Positions 14,105 to 26,559 of a stretch of DNA of 64,000 nt are shown here, piece after piece (within the stretch, counting starts at the first letter, position 1; each line of letters begins with the position of its first letter). The DNA comes from Eledone cirrhosa. Lineage: Eukaryota. The stretch spans positions 57,722,001 to 57,786,000 of the forward strand of contig OZ024744.1 in assembly GCA_964016885.1 (NCBI GenBank). The letters run 5' to 3'. The position numbers were made by a program, and so were the translations under genes. Under the pieces are notes generated by a model. The model had not been told where the DNA came from, searched no databases, and worked only from the letters and a program-made list of their open reading frames with translations.

Positions 14105-14277
14105 AGTTTTAAATAAACCTGAATCAACTGAATATGGCCTCCGATCTTTTATTAATATATAATGCTCCAGCTTGTACCATTTATACAGGTCATTGAGCGC
14201 TTCTTTTTATCTGCTTCACAACTGACAGACTATAATGTGGTTCACACATCCCTGTTTGGTTAACCCCATACTCTAAA

Positions 14278-14650
14278 TCATCATCATCATTGTCATCATT
14301 ATACATCCGCTTTTCCCTGCTTGCAAAGGTGGGACGGGTCCTATTCAGCACAGCATCTCTCCACTTATCACGGTCGTTCATCATCTCTTCCGTGAGCTTC
14401 AGCAATCTGAGATCTGCTCTCACCACCTCCGCCCATGTTTTTCGTGGTCTTCCTCTGCTGCGTCTTCCTTCTACTGGCATTTCTTGGCACTTCTTTACCC
14501 AGCGGTCATCCTCCATGCACATCAGATGTCCATACCATTGCAGTCTTCTCTCCCACACACTACAACTTATCCTTCTCTTATACACAGTTTCTCTCTCAAC
14601 TCATCCATGCTTGGTCGTTCACGTACATTGAGATTGCACATCCAACGGAT
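14278..14650 (-). mobile_element. RTE-clade LINE 3' end
   Basis: RRLQWYGHL..RSRGRPRKTW; same subfamily as 3712-4578. Confidence 0.9.
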
Positions 14651-16219
14651 ATAGACAATATGCCCCCATCCCCTCCCACTGTAAGGTGGTCATCTAGGTG
14701 CCACAGCAAAAAAAGCACCCAATACTTACTGTAAATGAGGTTGGTGTTAGGAATGGCATCCAGCTGTAGAAACCAAGCCAAAATCAGTTCTGTATGAACA
14801 AGACATGGTCACCTGACCTGGCATTGCCCACAACAGGACAACCTGTCCAACCAATGCTAGTATGGAAGAATGGACATAAAAGGGTGATGATGATGATGAT
14901 GATGATATATATATATATATATATTTACTGAACATGAACATCAGTCAACTTACATGTATGTCGTATTCCTTTCATTTGTTTTGTATTTTTATGTATTTCA
15001 CATTCACATCTTTTCTAATATCTTTGTTACCTCCCTCATTTTACTTTCCTTTTCAACTGATTTTACTTTCACTTTATTACAGAACAGAATTAGGAATTAT
15101 TTGACATGATTTTACTATATAGAATTGCATTGGAAATTAATCCTTTAGCATTCAAACCAGCCATATCCGGCCAGAATTCTTTTACCTCTTTCTGTTCAAA
15201 CCGGTTGTAACTGACCACAAATACTGACGTTAAGGTATTGTTCTCAAAATAAATAACATCAAAATCTCACAGATTTGATATTATGTGAGATCATTCTGTG
15301 AGATAAAGCTTTTACTGTGAAAATTCAATAGTATATAGAGAGTAGTGTAAATGTTAAAGGGTTATGGAAGAAAGAAATACTGTGTCTTGTTTATTATTCC
15401 CCCAACAAACTAAATAATTATTGCTATAGCTCACTCTATTTTTATTTGTTAAACTCTAGGTGACATACCTACAATTTAATGCCCCCAAACCCCACCCCCA
15501 ACACCACCACACCCTACTCTGATTTCATTTTCTCACAACTTTCTTAATAATACATATGCAATTTCTGCTGCTGAAACGGTATTACAATCTTGTGATATTA
15601 TCCTGATTGATATTATGAAACTAGAAGATGCAAGGAAAAAAATGTTGAGCTTATGTTTAAGCCATATATACATATATTTTTTGTTTTACCTAAATTTCAT
15701 TTTATCAGTATAATCATGATCTATGCCTTTGAAAATGTATCTTTATATACTTTACATTGCTAATCTACAGAATATCTAGGAAATGTGTTGTAAGAGAGGA
15801 TTCTATTTTATACCATACTGGAGGTATTAGACATTCTGTAGAATATCTAAGTATTCTATACAATGCTGGCTTCCCTACTTTGTCTGTAAGATAATTACTA
15901 GCAGAAAATATGCCCAGAGGGCAGTGTTTTTCTTAGTATATATGTGTATGCATACAGCCATTTTTATAGACAACATTTATTGTATAAAAATGCCAAATAT
16001 TAACAACAACAACAATGATAATAGCAACAATAATAATAATAACAACAACAAAATTAATAATATGTTCAGCACCTCCTTACTCTGTGTTTGCAGCATGCTG
16101 CTGTAAATAAATTGTTCTGCTCCCATTTATGTGAAGCAATGTAAAGCAAAATGAAAAAAAAAAAAACGAATAAATAAATAAATTTAACAATTCCTGCATT
16201 TCCACATTCTTGCAACACA

Positions 16220-17345
16220 TTCAGCCCAGCCCCAACCCCAACTCCAGTCCTGGCCCAGCACCACATACTCAGCCAGCACACCCTGCCAGTCCTCAATCAG
16301 CACATCCAACACATTCAACCAGCTCAGTGCAGCCCAGCCCAACACAGCCCAGTGCAGCCCAGCCCAACACAGCCAAGAACAGCCAGCCCAGCCCAACACA
16401 GCTCAGTGCAGCCCAGCCCAACACAGCCAAGAATAGCCAGCCCAGCCCAACACAGCTCAGTGCAGCCCAGCCCAACACAGCTCAGTGCAGCCCAGCCCAA
16501 CACAGCCAAGAACAGCCAGCCCAGCCCAACACAGCTCAGTGCAGCCCAGCCCAACACAGCCCAGTGCAGCCCAGCCCAACACAGCCAAGAATAGCCAGCC
16601 CAGCCCAACACAGCCAAGAATAGCCAGCCCAGCCCAACACAGCCAAGAACAGCCAGCCCAGCCCAACACAGCTCAGTGCAGCCCAGCCCAGCCAGCCAAG
16701 AATAGCCAGCCCAGCCCAACACAGCTCAGTGCAGCCCAGCCCAACACAGCCCAGTGCAGCCCAGCCCAACACAGCCAAGAACAGCCAGCCCAGCCCAACA
16801 CAGCTCAGTGCAGCCTAGCCCAGCCCAGCCAGCCAAGAACAGCCAGCCCAGCCCAACACAGCCCAGTGCAGCCCAGCCCAAAGCAGCCAAGAACAGCCAG
16901 CCCAGCCCAACACAGCTCAGTGCAGCCTAGCCCAGCCCAGCCAGCCAAGAACAGCCAGCCCAGCCCAACACAGCCCAGTGCACCCAGCCCAACACAGCCA
17001 AGAACAGCCAGTCCAGCCCAACACAACCCAGTGCAGCACAGCCCAACACAGCCAATAATAGCCAGCCCAGCCCAACAGCCCAGTGCAGCCTAGCCCAGCC
17101 CAGCCAGCCAAGAACAGCCAGCCCAGTCCAACACAGCCCAGCCAGCCCGCCCAGCCCAAGCCAGCCCAGCCCAACAGTCCAGTGCAGCCTAGCCCAGCCA
17201 GCCAGCCTAGCCAAGCCTAGCCAGCCTAGCCAAGCCTAGACAGCCAAGCCAAGAAGAGCCAGCCCAGCCCAACACAGCCCAAGCCAACACATCCCGCCCA
17301 GCCAGCCAAACCAAGAACAGCCAGCCCTCTACCCCAGCCCAGCAC
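16220..17345. repeat. AGCCC-pentamer-based complex satellite
   Basis: Modules CAGCCCAGCCCAACACAG, CTCAGTG and CCAAGAA(C/T)AGC shuffled in tandem. Confidence 0.95.
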
Positions 17346-17458
17346 AACCATAGCACATTACTCAGTCTGTACGAGGGAGAAGTAAAGTAATTGTAATGAA
17401 AAGATAGAAGACAAACAGAGAAATAGATAAATAAGATAGATAAATACACAAACAAGAG

Positions 17459-17512
<54 letters not shown>
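17459..17512. repeat. (AAAG)n microsatellite
   Basis: Direct observation. Confidence 0.95.
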
Positions 17513-17938
17513 GAAGTTAAATAATATAATAAACAAACAACAGCTTACAGCTTACATACAACATGATGTTTATGAAGAGTCTCATGCACAGATCAGCCAC
17601 CTACCCAGTCAGGTTGCTAGTGAAACAATAGAAATTCTAAAGGAAATTGCCAACATACAATGTATACACGCATACACAATTAGATTTAGATGTACACACA
17701 TCTCTCTCTATATATACATACATATATACATACACACATACACACACACATACATATATATACAGTATATATATCATCATCATCATCACCGTTTAACGTC
17801 CATATTCCACGCTTGCATGGGTTTGTACGGGAGTTTTCCCACTTGAGGCAAGAGTGGTTGTCTTGCTCGCATAGGACTGTCTGGCGGGTTTTCTACGGCT
17901 GGATGCCCTTCCTAACACCAACCACATTTACAGTGTGG

Positions 17939-17983
<45 letters not shown>

Positions 17984-18201
17984 CATATATATATATATAT
18001 ATGTAAATATGTATGTATGTTTATATATGTATGTATATATATATATATATGTGTGTGTTTATAAAAATATATATGTATGTATATATATATATTATATATT
18101 TATTTATTTATTTATTTATTTATATAAATAAATACACACACGTGCATACATATATATATGCAAGCTGGGAAAAGCGGACGTAAAATGATGATGATGATAT
18201 G

Positions 18202-18245
<44 letters not shown>

Positions 18246-18383
18246 AGCAAAAGGGATATTCAATTTGTTGGTAATTCAACAAATATAAATGTTTATAACT
18301 GATTCAGAGTATTCAACAAGTTTTCTGGAGTATAATATTCAATGATATTAAATAAATGGAAACTATATTTATAAAACCATATT

Positions 18384-18444
18384 TATTCTATTATATATAT
18401 TTCAAGGGTACCAAAACTTTGGTACGCTTTCATCAGATAAAATA
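18384..18444 (-). ncRNA. Minimal type I hammerhead ribozyme (family A1, left arm)
   Basis: Reverse complement TATTTTAT CTGATGA AAGCGTACCAA-AGTT-TTGGTACCCTT GAAA TATATATA ATAGAATA. Confidence 0.85.
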
Positions 18445-18575
18445 CAAAGTTTGTTTTATAAATGTTGACATAACCAAGGAAAATACCTTAACAGTTCAAG
18501 TTTCACTATCCAAGGAAAACCTGAAGCGTTAAGGTATTTTCCTTGATTACGTCAATATTTATAAAACACACTTTG

Positions 18576-18636
18576 TAGTTTATCTGATGAAAGCGTACCA
18601 AAGTTTTGGTACCCTTGAAATATATATAATAGAATA
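18576..18636 (+). ncRNA. Minimal type I hammerhead ribozyme (family A1, right arm)
   Basis: TAGTTTAT CTGATGA AAGCGTACCAA-AGTT-TTGGTACCCTT GAAA TATATATA ATAGAATA. Confidence 0.85.
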
Positions 18637-18707
18637 AATATGGTTTTATAAATATTTATTTAATATCATTGAATATATATATATATATATATACGTATAT
18701 ATATATA

Positions 18708-18894
18708 TAGGAAAAAGTATGACCCCGACGGCAGAGCTCAAGCCGTTTCGAAGGCTATTTCTGGACTAGAAATAGCCGTCGAAACGGCTCGAGCTCTGCC
18801 GTCGGGGTCATACTTTTTCCTATTTCCCACTCTACTACCCTAAGTACTCTGGTGTGTTATGGTCCATCTGATTCCTTACCACAATTCCTTTGTT
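18708..18894. mobile_element. Fold-back family D (GC-rich hairpin plus tail)
   Basis: ~55-bp arms GGAAAAAGTATGACCCCGACGGCAGAGCTC.. centred on CTGGACTAG; ~70-nt tail; other copies 19021-19159, 29485-29680, 29739-29830, 48686-48802, 50046-50237, all in (TA)n. Confidence 0.9.
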
Positions 18895-18933
18895 ATATAT
18901 ATATATATGTAAATATGTATGTATATATATATG

Positions 18934-19022
<89 letters not shown>

Positions 19023-19158
19023 AGGAACGAGTAGGACCCCGACGGCTGAGCTCAAGCCGTCGGGGTCCTACTCGTTCCTATTACCCACTCTACTACCCTA
19101 AGTATTGAGTACTTTGGTGCGTTATGGTCCACCTGGTTCCTTACCACATTTCCTTTGT

Positions 19159-19231
<73 letters not shown>

Positions 19232-19363
19232 TATGCAAAGTTTTATTTAAATTGTTGGGTTACAACGAGTAAATATTTATAACTGAAATAAAAGCACTCA
19301 ACAAGTATTTGGAGTATATTTACGATATTAAATAAATGGAAACTATATTTATAAAACCATATT

Positions 19364-19429
19364 TATTTCATTATATATATTTCAGGGATATCATATTAAA
19401 AATATGGTATGCCTTCATCAGACAAAATA
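19364..19429 (-). ncRNA. Minimal type I hammerhead ribozyme (family A2, left arm)
   Basis: Reverse complement of 19629-19694. Confidence 0.85.
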
Positions 19430-19628
19430 CAATATAAACAGTCTTATAAATAGATAGATTTGACATACCTTACAACTTCAACTTCCATTTAAAAAGTTGA
19501 TTTGGTAGTGAAAAATGTTATGGACAGTTATAACTGTCCATAACATTTTTCACTACCAAATCAACTTTTTAAATGGAAGTTGAAGTTGTAAGGTATTTAT
19601 AAGACTGTTTATAAGACTGTTTATATTG

Positions 19629-19694
19629 TATTTTGTCTGATGAAGGCATACCATATTTTTAATATGATATCCCTGAAATATATATAATGAAATA
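19629..19694 (+). ncRNA. Minimal type I hammerhead ribozyme (family A2, right arm)
   Basis: TATTTTGT CTGATGA AGGCATACCATATT-TTT-AATATGATATCCCT GAAA TATATATA ATGAAATA; stem II differs in sequence from A1 but still pairs. Confidence 0.85.
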
Positions 19695-19791
19695 AATATG
19701 GTTTTATAAATATAGTTTCCATTTATTTAATATCGTAAATATATATATTATATATTTATTTATTTATTTATTTATATAAATAAATACACAA

Positions 19792-19823
<32 letters not shown>

Positions 19824-20336
19824 CAAAACAGAAAAACTCTCCACCCACATCAGTGTAGTGGAGTATAGTATGAAAGAATTGAGGATACATATATATTTTC
19901 AGTGCTCTACTAAACCAAATATTCTTCTTTAACATAACATTCAGCTGTCCTGATTTATGGTGCTTATATTACACAGGTATAATTCTCTCTAGGTCCTTGA
20001 TAAACCATAACTACACTTAGTAGTACTTACTAACTTCATAGCTTCTGTCTTTAGATGGCTGATGAATTAGCATGCAGCAGCATTTAGTGCTACCTTTTGT
20101 GTGTATTTGTGGTGCGGTGTTTGTGTAAGTGTGTGTGTGTCCCCGTGTGTGGTGTGTGTATTTGTTTGCGTGTGTGTGTGTAAGTATGTGTTTGTATAAT
20201 AAAGGTGATGATAATTGTGCTAATAGGTATGAAAATGTAGTTGATAATAAATTATTTTGCAGCCTTCCCCAACCAAAAGAATGGTTCCAACTGATAACAA
20301 AAGTAAAATATAAATGTGCATTATACTTCAGAAAGA

Positions 20337-21600
20337 GTGGCGGTGGTGGTGGTGTTGGTGGTGGTGCTGGTGGCGGCGGTGGCGGTGGTGGTAGCGGTGG
20401 TGGTGGTGGCGGTGCTGGTGGCAGTGGTGGTGCTGGTGGTGGTGGTGGAACTGGCGGTGGTGCTGGTGCTGGTGGTGGAACTGGTGGTGGTGGTGGTGAT
20501 GGTGGTGGTGGTGGTGGTGGTGCTGGTGGCGGCGGTGGCGGTGGTGGTAGCGGTGGTGGTGGTGGCGGTGCTGGTGGCAGTGGTGGTGCTGGTGGTGGTG
20601 GTGGAACTGGCGGTGGTGCTGGTGCTGGTGGTGGAACTGGTGATGTTGGTGGTGGTGGTGATGGTGGTGGTGGTGGTGGTGGTGCTGGTGCTTGTGGTGG
20701 AACTGGTGGTGGTGGTGGTGGTGCTGGTGCTTGTGGTGGAACTGGTGGTGGTGCTGGTGGTGGTGGTGCATGTGGTGGTGCTGGTGGTGGCAGTGGTGGT
20801 GGTGGTGGTGGTGGTGTTGGTGATGATGGTGGTGGTGGTGGTGAAAACAATATGATTCTGACCACACCTCACTACCACCACCACCACCACCTCACCACCA
20901 CCACCACCACCACCACCACTATCATCACCACCACTATTACCACCACCACTATTACCACCATTACACCACCACCACTATCACCACCATCACTATCACCACC
21001 ATTACACCACCACCACCACACCACACCACCACCACCACCACCACCACCTCACCACCACCACCACCACTATCATCACCACCACTATTACCACCACCACTAT
21101 TACCACCATTACACCACCACCACTATCACCACCATCACTATCACCACCATTACACCACCACCACCACACCACACCACCACCACCACCACCACCTCACCAC
21201 CACCACCACCACTATCATCACCACCACTATTACTACCACCACTATTACCACCATTACACCACCACCACTATCACCACCATCACTATCACCACCATTACAC
21301 CACCACCACCACACCACACCACCACCACCACCACCACCACCTCACCACCACCACCACCACTATCATCACCACCACTATTACCACCACCACTATTACCACC
21401 ATTACACCACCACCACTATCACCACCACCACCATCACTATCACCACCATTACACCACCACCACCACACCACACCACCACCACCACCACTATCATCACCAC
21501 CACTATTACCACCACCACTATTACCACCATTACACCACCACCACTATCACCACCATCACTATCACCACCATTACACCACCACCACCACCACCACCACCAG
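20337..21600. repeat. (GGT)n tract followed by complementary (ACC)n tract
   Basis: GGT-type 20337-20842, ~18-bp spacer, ACC/CAC-type 20861-21600; internal higher-order duplications. Confidence 0.95.
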
Positions 21601-21684
21601 TATCACCACCATTATAAACATAGTCATCATCATTATTATCATGATCATTGTCATCAGCATCATTATATTTATATCCAGTAAAAA

Positions 21685-22130
21685 CATGCTTTCATGTGTT
21701 GGATGGGTCTTATCCAGCGCAACATCTTGCCACTTGTTGCGATCCCTTATGATAATCTCCTCAATGAGGCTTTACTTCATGAGATGAGCTTTTATTCACT
21801 TCCTCTTCCAATGTGGTGTCTTTATTTCTTCCACTGGTTCCTTTCCACTTGGATGGATTGCTTGGCACATCTTTTACCCAACCATTTGTTTCAGGGGGAA
21901 CGATTGTCTACGTGATAGCAGAAACTAACACGGATTGCTGCAGCAACATACATACTTTACCTCTTGTATGTCAAGGTGATCTTTCATTTTAACTATTTTT
22001 GCTGCATTATGTAGGTGGTCGGACGTGCAGTTTGTGTGCAGCTTGTGACAATGAAAAGTACACTGTTGTGTGTTCTTTTCAGTTTTTGGCGAAGTGTTTG
22101 TTCAGAGATTTAGGGTCCCTAGGCAGAACT
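21685..22130 (-). mobile_element. Old, highly decayed RTE LINE 3' end
   Basis: Reverse complement GATCGCAACAAGTGGCAAGATGTTGCG..AAGACCCATCCAACACATG resembles the DRDKWRDAV..TRPT terminus of younger copies. Confidence 0.55.
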
Positions 22131-22860
22131 GGCATAATATATACATACTTATATATTGTTTGCATATCAATGTTGCTGCTGTTAATTCTTTATATCAGCA
22201 AAAATATTGTACTTTTGCTATTCTCTAAGGATTTTTATATGCCATTTTACATTCTTTACTACACCTTCAAAACATCCTTGGAATGTTTTAGAAGGAGGCG
22301 TTGTATGGAACTCCAATTTTTTTTTTTTATTCTGTGTTTGGATCTTGTGTATTTACGTTACTTATCACTTTTGATATCAACTTGTGTGAAACTGCCCTCA
22401 GTGTTTTTGATAAAGAACTGTTCATTTTAACATATTTTATCAAAGCCATTTGATATCAACTTGCCCATAACTAGCTCTGGCTCTATCAAACTAAATTACC
22501 CATCTAAAAAAATTCCTATTTAAATTTAAAATCTTCCAACATAAATTTATACAAGAAGCATATGTTAAGTTGATAACTTAATAATGGAATAATGAATTAT
22601 TCTTCATTAATTAATTGAAATATAGTGTCACACATACACACATATACATATATATATATATGTATCATCATCATCATCATCATCATTGTCACTAGCAAGG
22701 GTTGGACAGGTCCAAGGAGATCAAGTCCATACTGAAGAGGAGTCACTGATCTCCCAAGCAGGCCAGAGATCTGTGTCTTGCTTATGTACACAGTCTCACA
22801 TTCCATCTAGTGCTCAGGAGAGGTTGTCATGCCTTTGACACTACTGAGAGTCCTTCTAAC

Positions 22861-22900
<40 letters not shown>

Positions 22901-22939
22901 TCTTCTCCTACTTATTCCTGAGAGGGCCATGGGGGGGGG

Positions 22940-23420
22940 GGGGGCAGAGTCCTCAAACACTCATTCCAGCAGATCCTGTCAGAAGCAACCGTTTCCAACT
23001 GATCCAGCTAAATCTCCAAGAGAGATTAGCTAAGCTCATGGATGTTATTCAACCATCTTGCTCGAGATCTACCCCTGGGTTTCCTGCTGGCTGGTTTTGC
23101 AAGTAAAATCTGTAATTGCGATCATATCCTTTCAGTCATTAACCAAGATTCATGACCATAGGTAAAAGTTGGCACAAATACTGAATTAAAGATAGCAAGT
23201 TTAGCTTTTATACCTACCTCCATTCTTCTGATTACGGAATGCTGAAGCTGACACATTACTGCACCAGCTCCTCTAATTCTTGCACTTAATTCATCCTCCT
23301 GCTTTCCATCACTCATAAATACAGCCCCAAGATAATTTAACTTTTCTACCTGCTTCCGTGGAGCTCCATTCACATGTAGAGTGCACTGCGCAGGCTTCTT
23401 TGAAAGGACGAGGTTTTGCA
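22940..23420 (-). mobile_element. Second RTE-like LINE family, RT C-terminal fragment
   Basis: QVEKLNYLGAVFMSDGKQEDELSARI..SVFVPTFTYGHESW. Confidence 0.8.
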
Positions 23421-23446
23421 GCCCTGATTTATTATTACTATATATA

Positions 23447-23637
23447 GGGCAGTGGATTGGCAGTATCAGTAGAGGGCCGGATGCCATGCTTTGCAACAAA
23501 GAGTTACGGCCCTTTATGGTTTCAGTTCAAATCCCGCTGAGGTTAACTTTACCTTTCATCCTTACATGGTCGATAAAATAAAGTACGCTGGGAGACACTG
23601 GGATAATTGCTGTTCTTGTGGTGCCAAAATTAGAAAC

Positions 23638-23640
<3 letters not shown>
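23447..23640 (+). mobile_element. SINE S1
   Basis: Homologous to 2060-2275. Confidence 0.85.
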
Positions 23641-23687
<47 letters not shown>

Positions 23688-23702
23688 ATATATATGTATA
23701 TA

Positions 23703-23850
23703 TAGTGTATTTTGCAATACACTGTATGCTTAATTAAAAGCATTTCGAAGACCTTACGCTATTGTTTTAGAGCAGTGACAGTCTCACTTACTTTAAATTT
23801 TCAGCAAACAGCTTTTAATTAAGCATACAGCGTATTGCAAAATACACTGT
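23703..23850. repeat. Fold-back with ~38-bp arms in (TA)n
   Basis: AGTGTATTTTGCAATACACTGTATGCTTAATTAAAAGC / GCTTTTAATTAAGCATACAGCGTATTGCAAAATACACT. Confidence 0.85.
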
Positions 23851-24114
23851 ATATACATTCATATATATATCGCTATTTCAGAGCACCAATTCTAATATAT
23901 ATATATATACAAGTGGAAGCTTAGTAAAATCGAAGCTTTGGCTGTGGCCAAGCAAAGTCGACCTACAATTAGGAATGAGTAGCAAAGCACTCAATAAGGG
24001 TAGGTCCTTAGAGTAATAGCATACGTTTAAATAGCTTGACAGATTCAAAATTGCGGCAGGCAAAACCCAACCACACAATACCAAAACAACGAAAGAACTA
24101 ATCAGGTTAAAAAT

Positions 24115-25652
24115 ATATATATGTATGCATGTAGCAGGTAAATAGAAATAAAAACACAATCGGTACAATATATGGAAGGAATATATTAGTTTAATGCTTG
24201 AAATAGCAGGAAGAGGGTATTAACGTTTCTGATACTAGTTCTTCATCAGAAGAAAGAATGAGAAATAAGGGACGGGTAAGGCGGAATCGGAAAAAATATT
24301 TTTAGATAAAAATAACAGGTCCATTCATATAGCCATCTCTTGGAAAACTGTTGGTGTTGGCGTTTTGTGTATGATGTAATTTTTTAGAGAAGTGGCTGAT
24401 GGAGCGTGTCTATCTGAAATGGAAAAAAAAGCATTTTGTATATAGAGCTATACGTGTTCACGTGCATATGCGTGTGAATGTGTGTGCATGTGTGTGTGTG
24501 CGTGTGTGAGTTATTATACGTCCGTACGATGCTAAAAGGATATATGTGTATAAGTAAGTAAAAGAGTGTATGAGTGCTTGTAAGTACAAAGTGTGGGCAA
24601 AAGTATGTTAATATAAGGGAGTGTGTGTGTATACAGAGCTGTGAAAGGAAAAGTAGAAATGTGTGTGCATATTTAGTTGATTTGTATCAGCTGTAAGAGT
24701 ATATGTTTCTGATCATAAGAGAGTCATAGAAATCTAGGGGTTAATGTACAAGCATTTGTGCGATAACGGACGGGGTAAATATGGCGGGCAAGGGGGTAAA
24801 GAAGTAAGCACGAATGTATATATATGTAATATTAAAGAAATTGGGGAGGGGAGTTGAGTCCATGAGGGAAACAGGACCCAAGGCAGAAAATCAGACTCTG
24901 TTCAGTCATGATGCTAAGGCCAGTGATCTGTGATGTAAAAGGACACCAAGAACTGAGACATGTAAGAAAGAGTGACCTGGGGAACGGAAATGACAGGCGA
25001 CGGGAGTATCCAAAACGGTCCGCCAAATAGCGTCCCATTTGTCCAATGTATAAGGACCCAGAAAGGGAACACCAGAGGGCATAGACAATGTGGGTGGAGG
25101 TGCAGGTGAAGGAGTGTTGGAATGAACCGTTGGTGCCTGTGAGAGTGGTGAGGGTGGAAATGAAAGGACAGGTGTTATAGCAGGGACAAGGACAAGGACG
25201 AGAGCTAGTTAGAGCTGTAGGAGAGGACTAGAAGGAACTGCATACCAGGAAGTCGCGGAGGTTACGGATGCACTTAAATGCAGTGATAGGTGGGTTAGGA
25301 AAAAAGCAAGAAGTGACGGGGTCAGTAGAAGGAACAGAGAATATGTCGCTGGAGAAGTAGGGTGATGGGGTGGTAGATGAGTGGGGAAGGAAGGTTGGTA
25401 TTGGGAGGGTGCTGGTAGGGTGAGAGGGCTGTGGTACAGTCGGTTTCATGGGTGTGGGTGAGAGCAGCTTGGATTAGGGTGGGGAAGATATCCATGCTGG
25501 ATGAAGCGGGAAGCTATGTGAAGGGAATAGGTTTCGAAATCATGGTCCTGGCTACAGAGCTGATGAAAATAGAGGAATTGGGACTAGAGTATGGAGAGTT
25601 TGGTGTGGGTTTGATGAGAGGAGGTGAAGTCGAGGTAAGAGTTGGAGTCAAT
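24115..25652 (-). mobile_element. 5'-truncated Neptune-type Penelope-like element (RT thumb, Cys linker, GIY-YIG endonuclease, pLTR)
   Basis: Minus-strand peptides DSNSYLDFTSSH..SQFL..LCS, PPITAFKCIRNLRDFLV, RPCPCPCYNTCP, FTCTSTHIVYALWC..LYIGQMGRYLADRF, PVACHF..GHS, EQSLIFCLG..PHGLN; degenerate family-B hammerhead at about 24218-24253; both ends in (TA)n. Confidence 0.9.
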
Positions 25653-25659
25653 ATATATA

Positions 25660-25856
25660 TATATAACTCGTTTCTTACCATACTTCTAATAAAAGACTTT
25701 CTATGATTTATCATTTTGAAAATAATCAAGAAATTAGAGGAATTTAGAAATATAATTTTCTCAATATCAAGCTGATGTTTGGAACACAGCTTAACAAAGG
25801 TTTACATCATAGAACTAGGGATACTTTCAGGTGGTTTTGGTATCAAAAAGGTTAAA
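25660..25856. mobile_element. Second TTAA-type MITE family
   Basis: Ends GGTATCAAAAAGGTTAA; related to 47438-47845, 55760-55988 and 22430-22600. Confidence 0.55.
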
Positions 25857-25877
25857 GTTTTGGATTTGTTAGTATCA

Positions 25878-25916
25878 ATGATCCCATTGCAGAACTCAGT
25901 TCTGCAATGGGATCAT
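25878..25916. repeat. Perfect palindrome, 19-bp arms, 1-nt loop
   Basis: ATGATCCCATTGCAGAACT C AGTTCTGCAATGGGATCAT. Confidence 0.95.
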
Positions 25917-26396
25917 ACATAACTCTTTGCAAAGTCACCATTACTTCCTCTCTAGACAGGAATCCTAGAAAAACAACAGAAGCAATAATGTATTATTGGA
26001 TCAAAGAGTAGCAGCAGATTAATAATTCAGGTTGGATTAGCAGATGATGTGAATCAAATGTTATGGTCACGTCTCCCTCCCTAATTCCCTAAAGATCCGT
26101 AATCTGTAATTATAAGGTCACAATTTTGACATTTATAGAAGGCACGATATGAAAATATTACATAAAAATGTCAAACACAAGGACAAAATTCCCAAATATC
26201 CCAACTATTGATCCAACTACCAAGAACTATCTTATCTCAGAATTATAAATATGAAAATATCAATCATGGGGTTGAAGATATTTTTTAGTTTTTTCTTTTT
26301 TTTAAAGACTTTGAAAAGTTGCAGAGGAGATAGAACAGGGGAAAAGGAAAGAGTGAAAGGGGGGGGGGGTATTATTTTGTGAAAAAAGAGGATTTG

Positions 26397-26433
<37 letters not shown>

Positions 26434-26559
26434 GATGAGTTTCTGCCCTATGGCTGAGCTCTGGTTGTTTCTTAAATATTAAGTACTAAGCTGAACAATT
26501 GCCATATTAGTTTAAAATGGTAAGTCCTCATATATCTATCTATCTATCTATCTTGACTG

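Larger units (their letters stand above)
13793..14235. mobile_element. Fold-back family C with a hammerhead in each arm and a right-hand tail
   Basis: 13793-13901 is the reverse complement of 14051-14156; ~150-bp spacer; tail GCTCC..TTGAGCGCTT at 14164-14202. Confidence 0.85.
18245..18673. mobile_element. Fold-back family A1 with a hammerhead in each arm and a left-hand tail
   Basis: About 18338-18492 is the reverse complement of about 18528-18673; tail 18245-18337; flanked by (TA)n. Confidence 0.9.
19232..19745. mobile_element. Fold-back family A2: near-perfect ~215-bp-arm palindrome plus tail
   Basis: Spacer-less centre GGACAGTTA|TAACTGTCC at 19530/19531; tail 19232-19315. Confidence 0.92.

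Noticed and set aside
16210-17214. Gln/Pro/Ser-rich ORFs
   Set aside because: Translations of the AGCCC satellite
20129-21787. 552-aa Gly/His/Thr-rich ORF and overlapping Pro/Val ORFs
   Set aside because: Trinucleotide repeats are open in several frames on both strands; no splice or domain evidence
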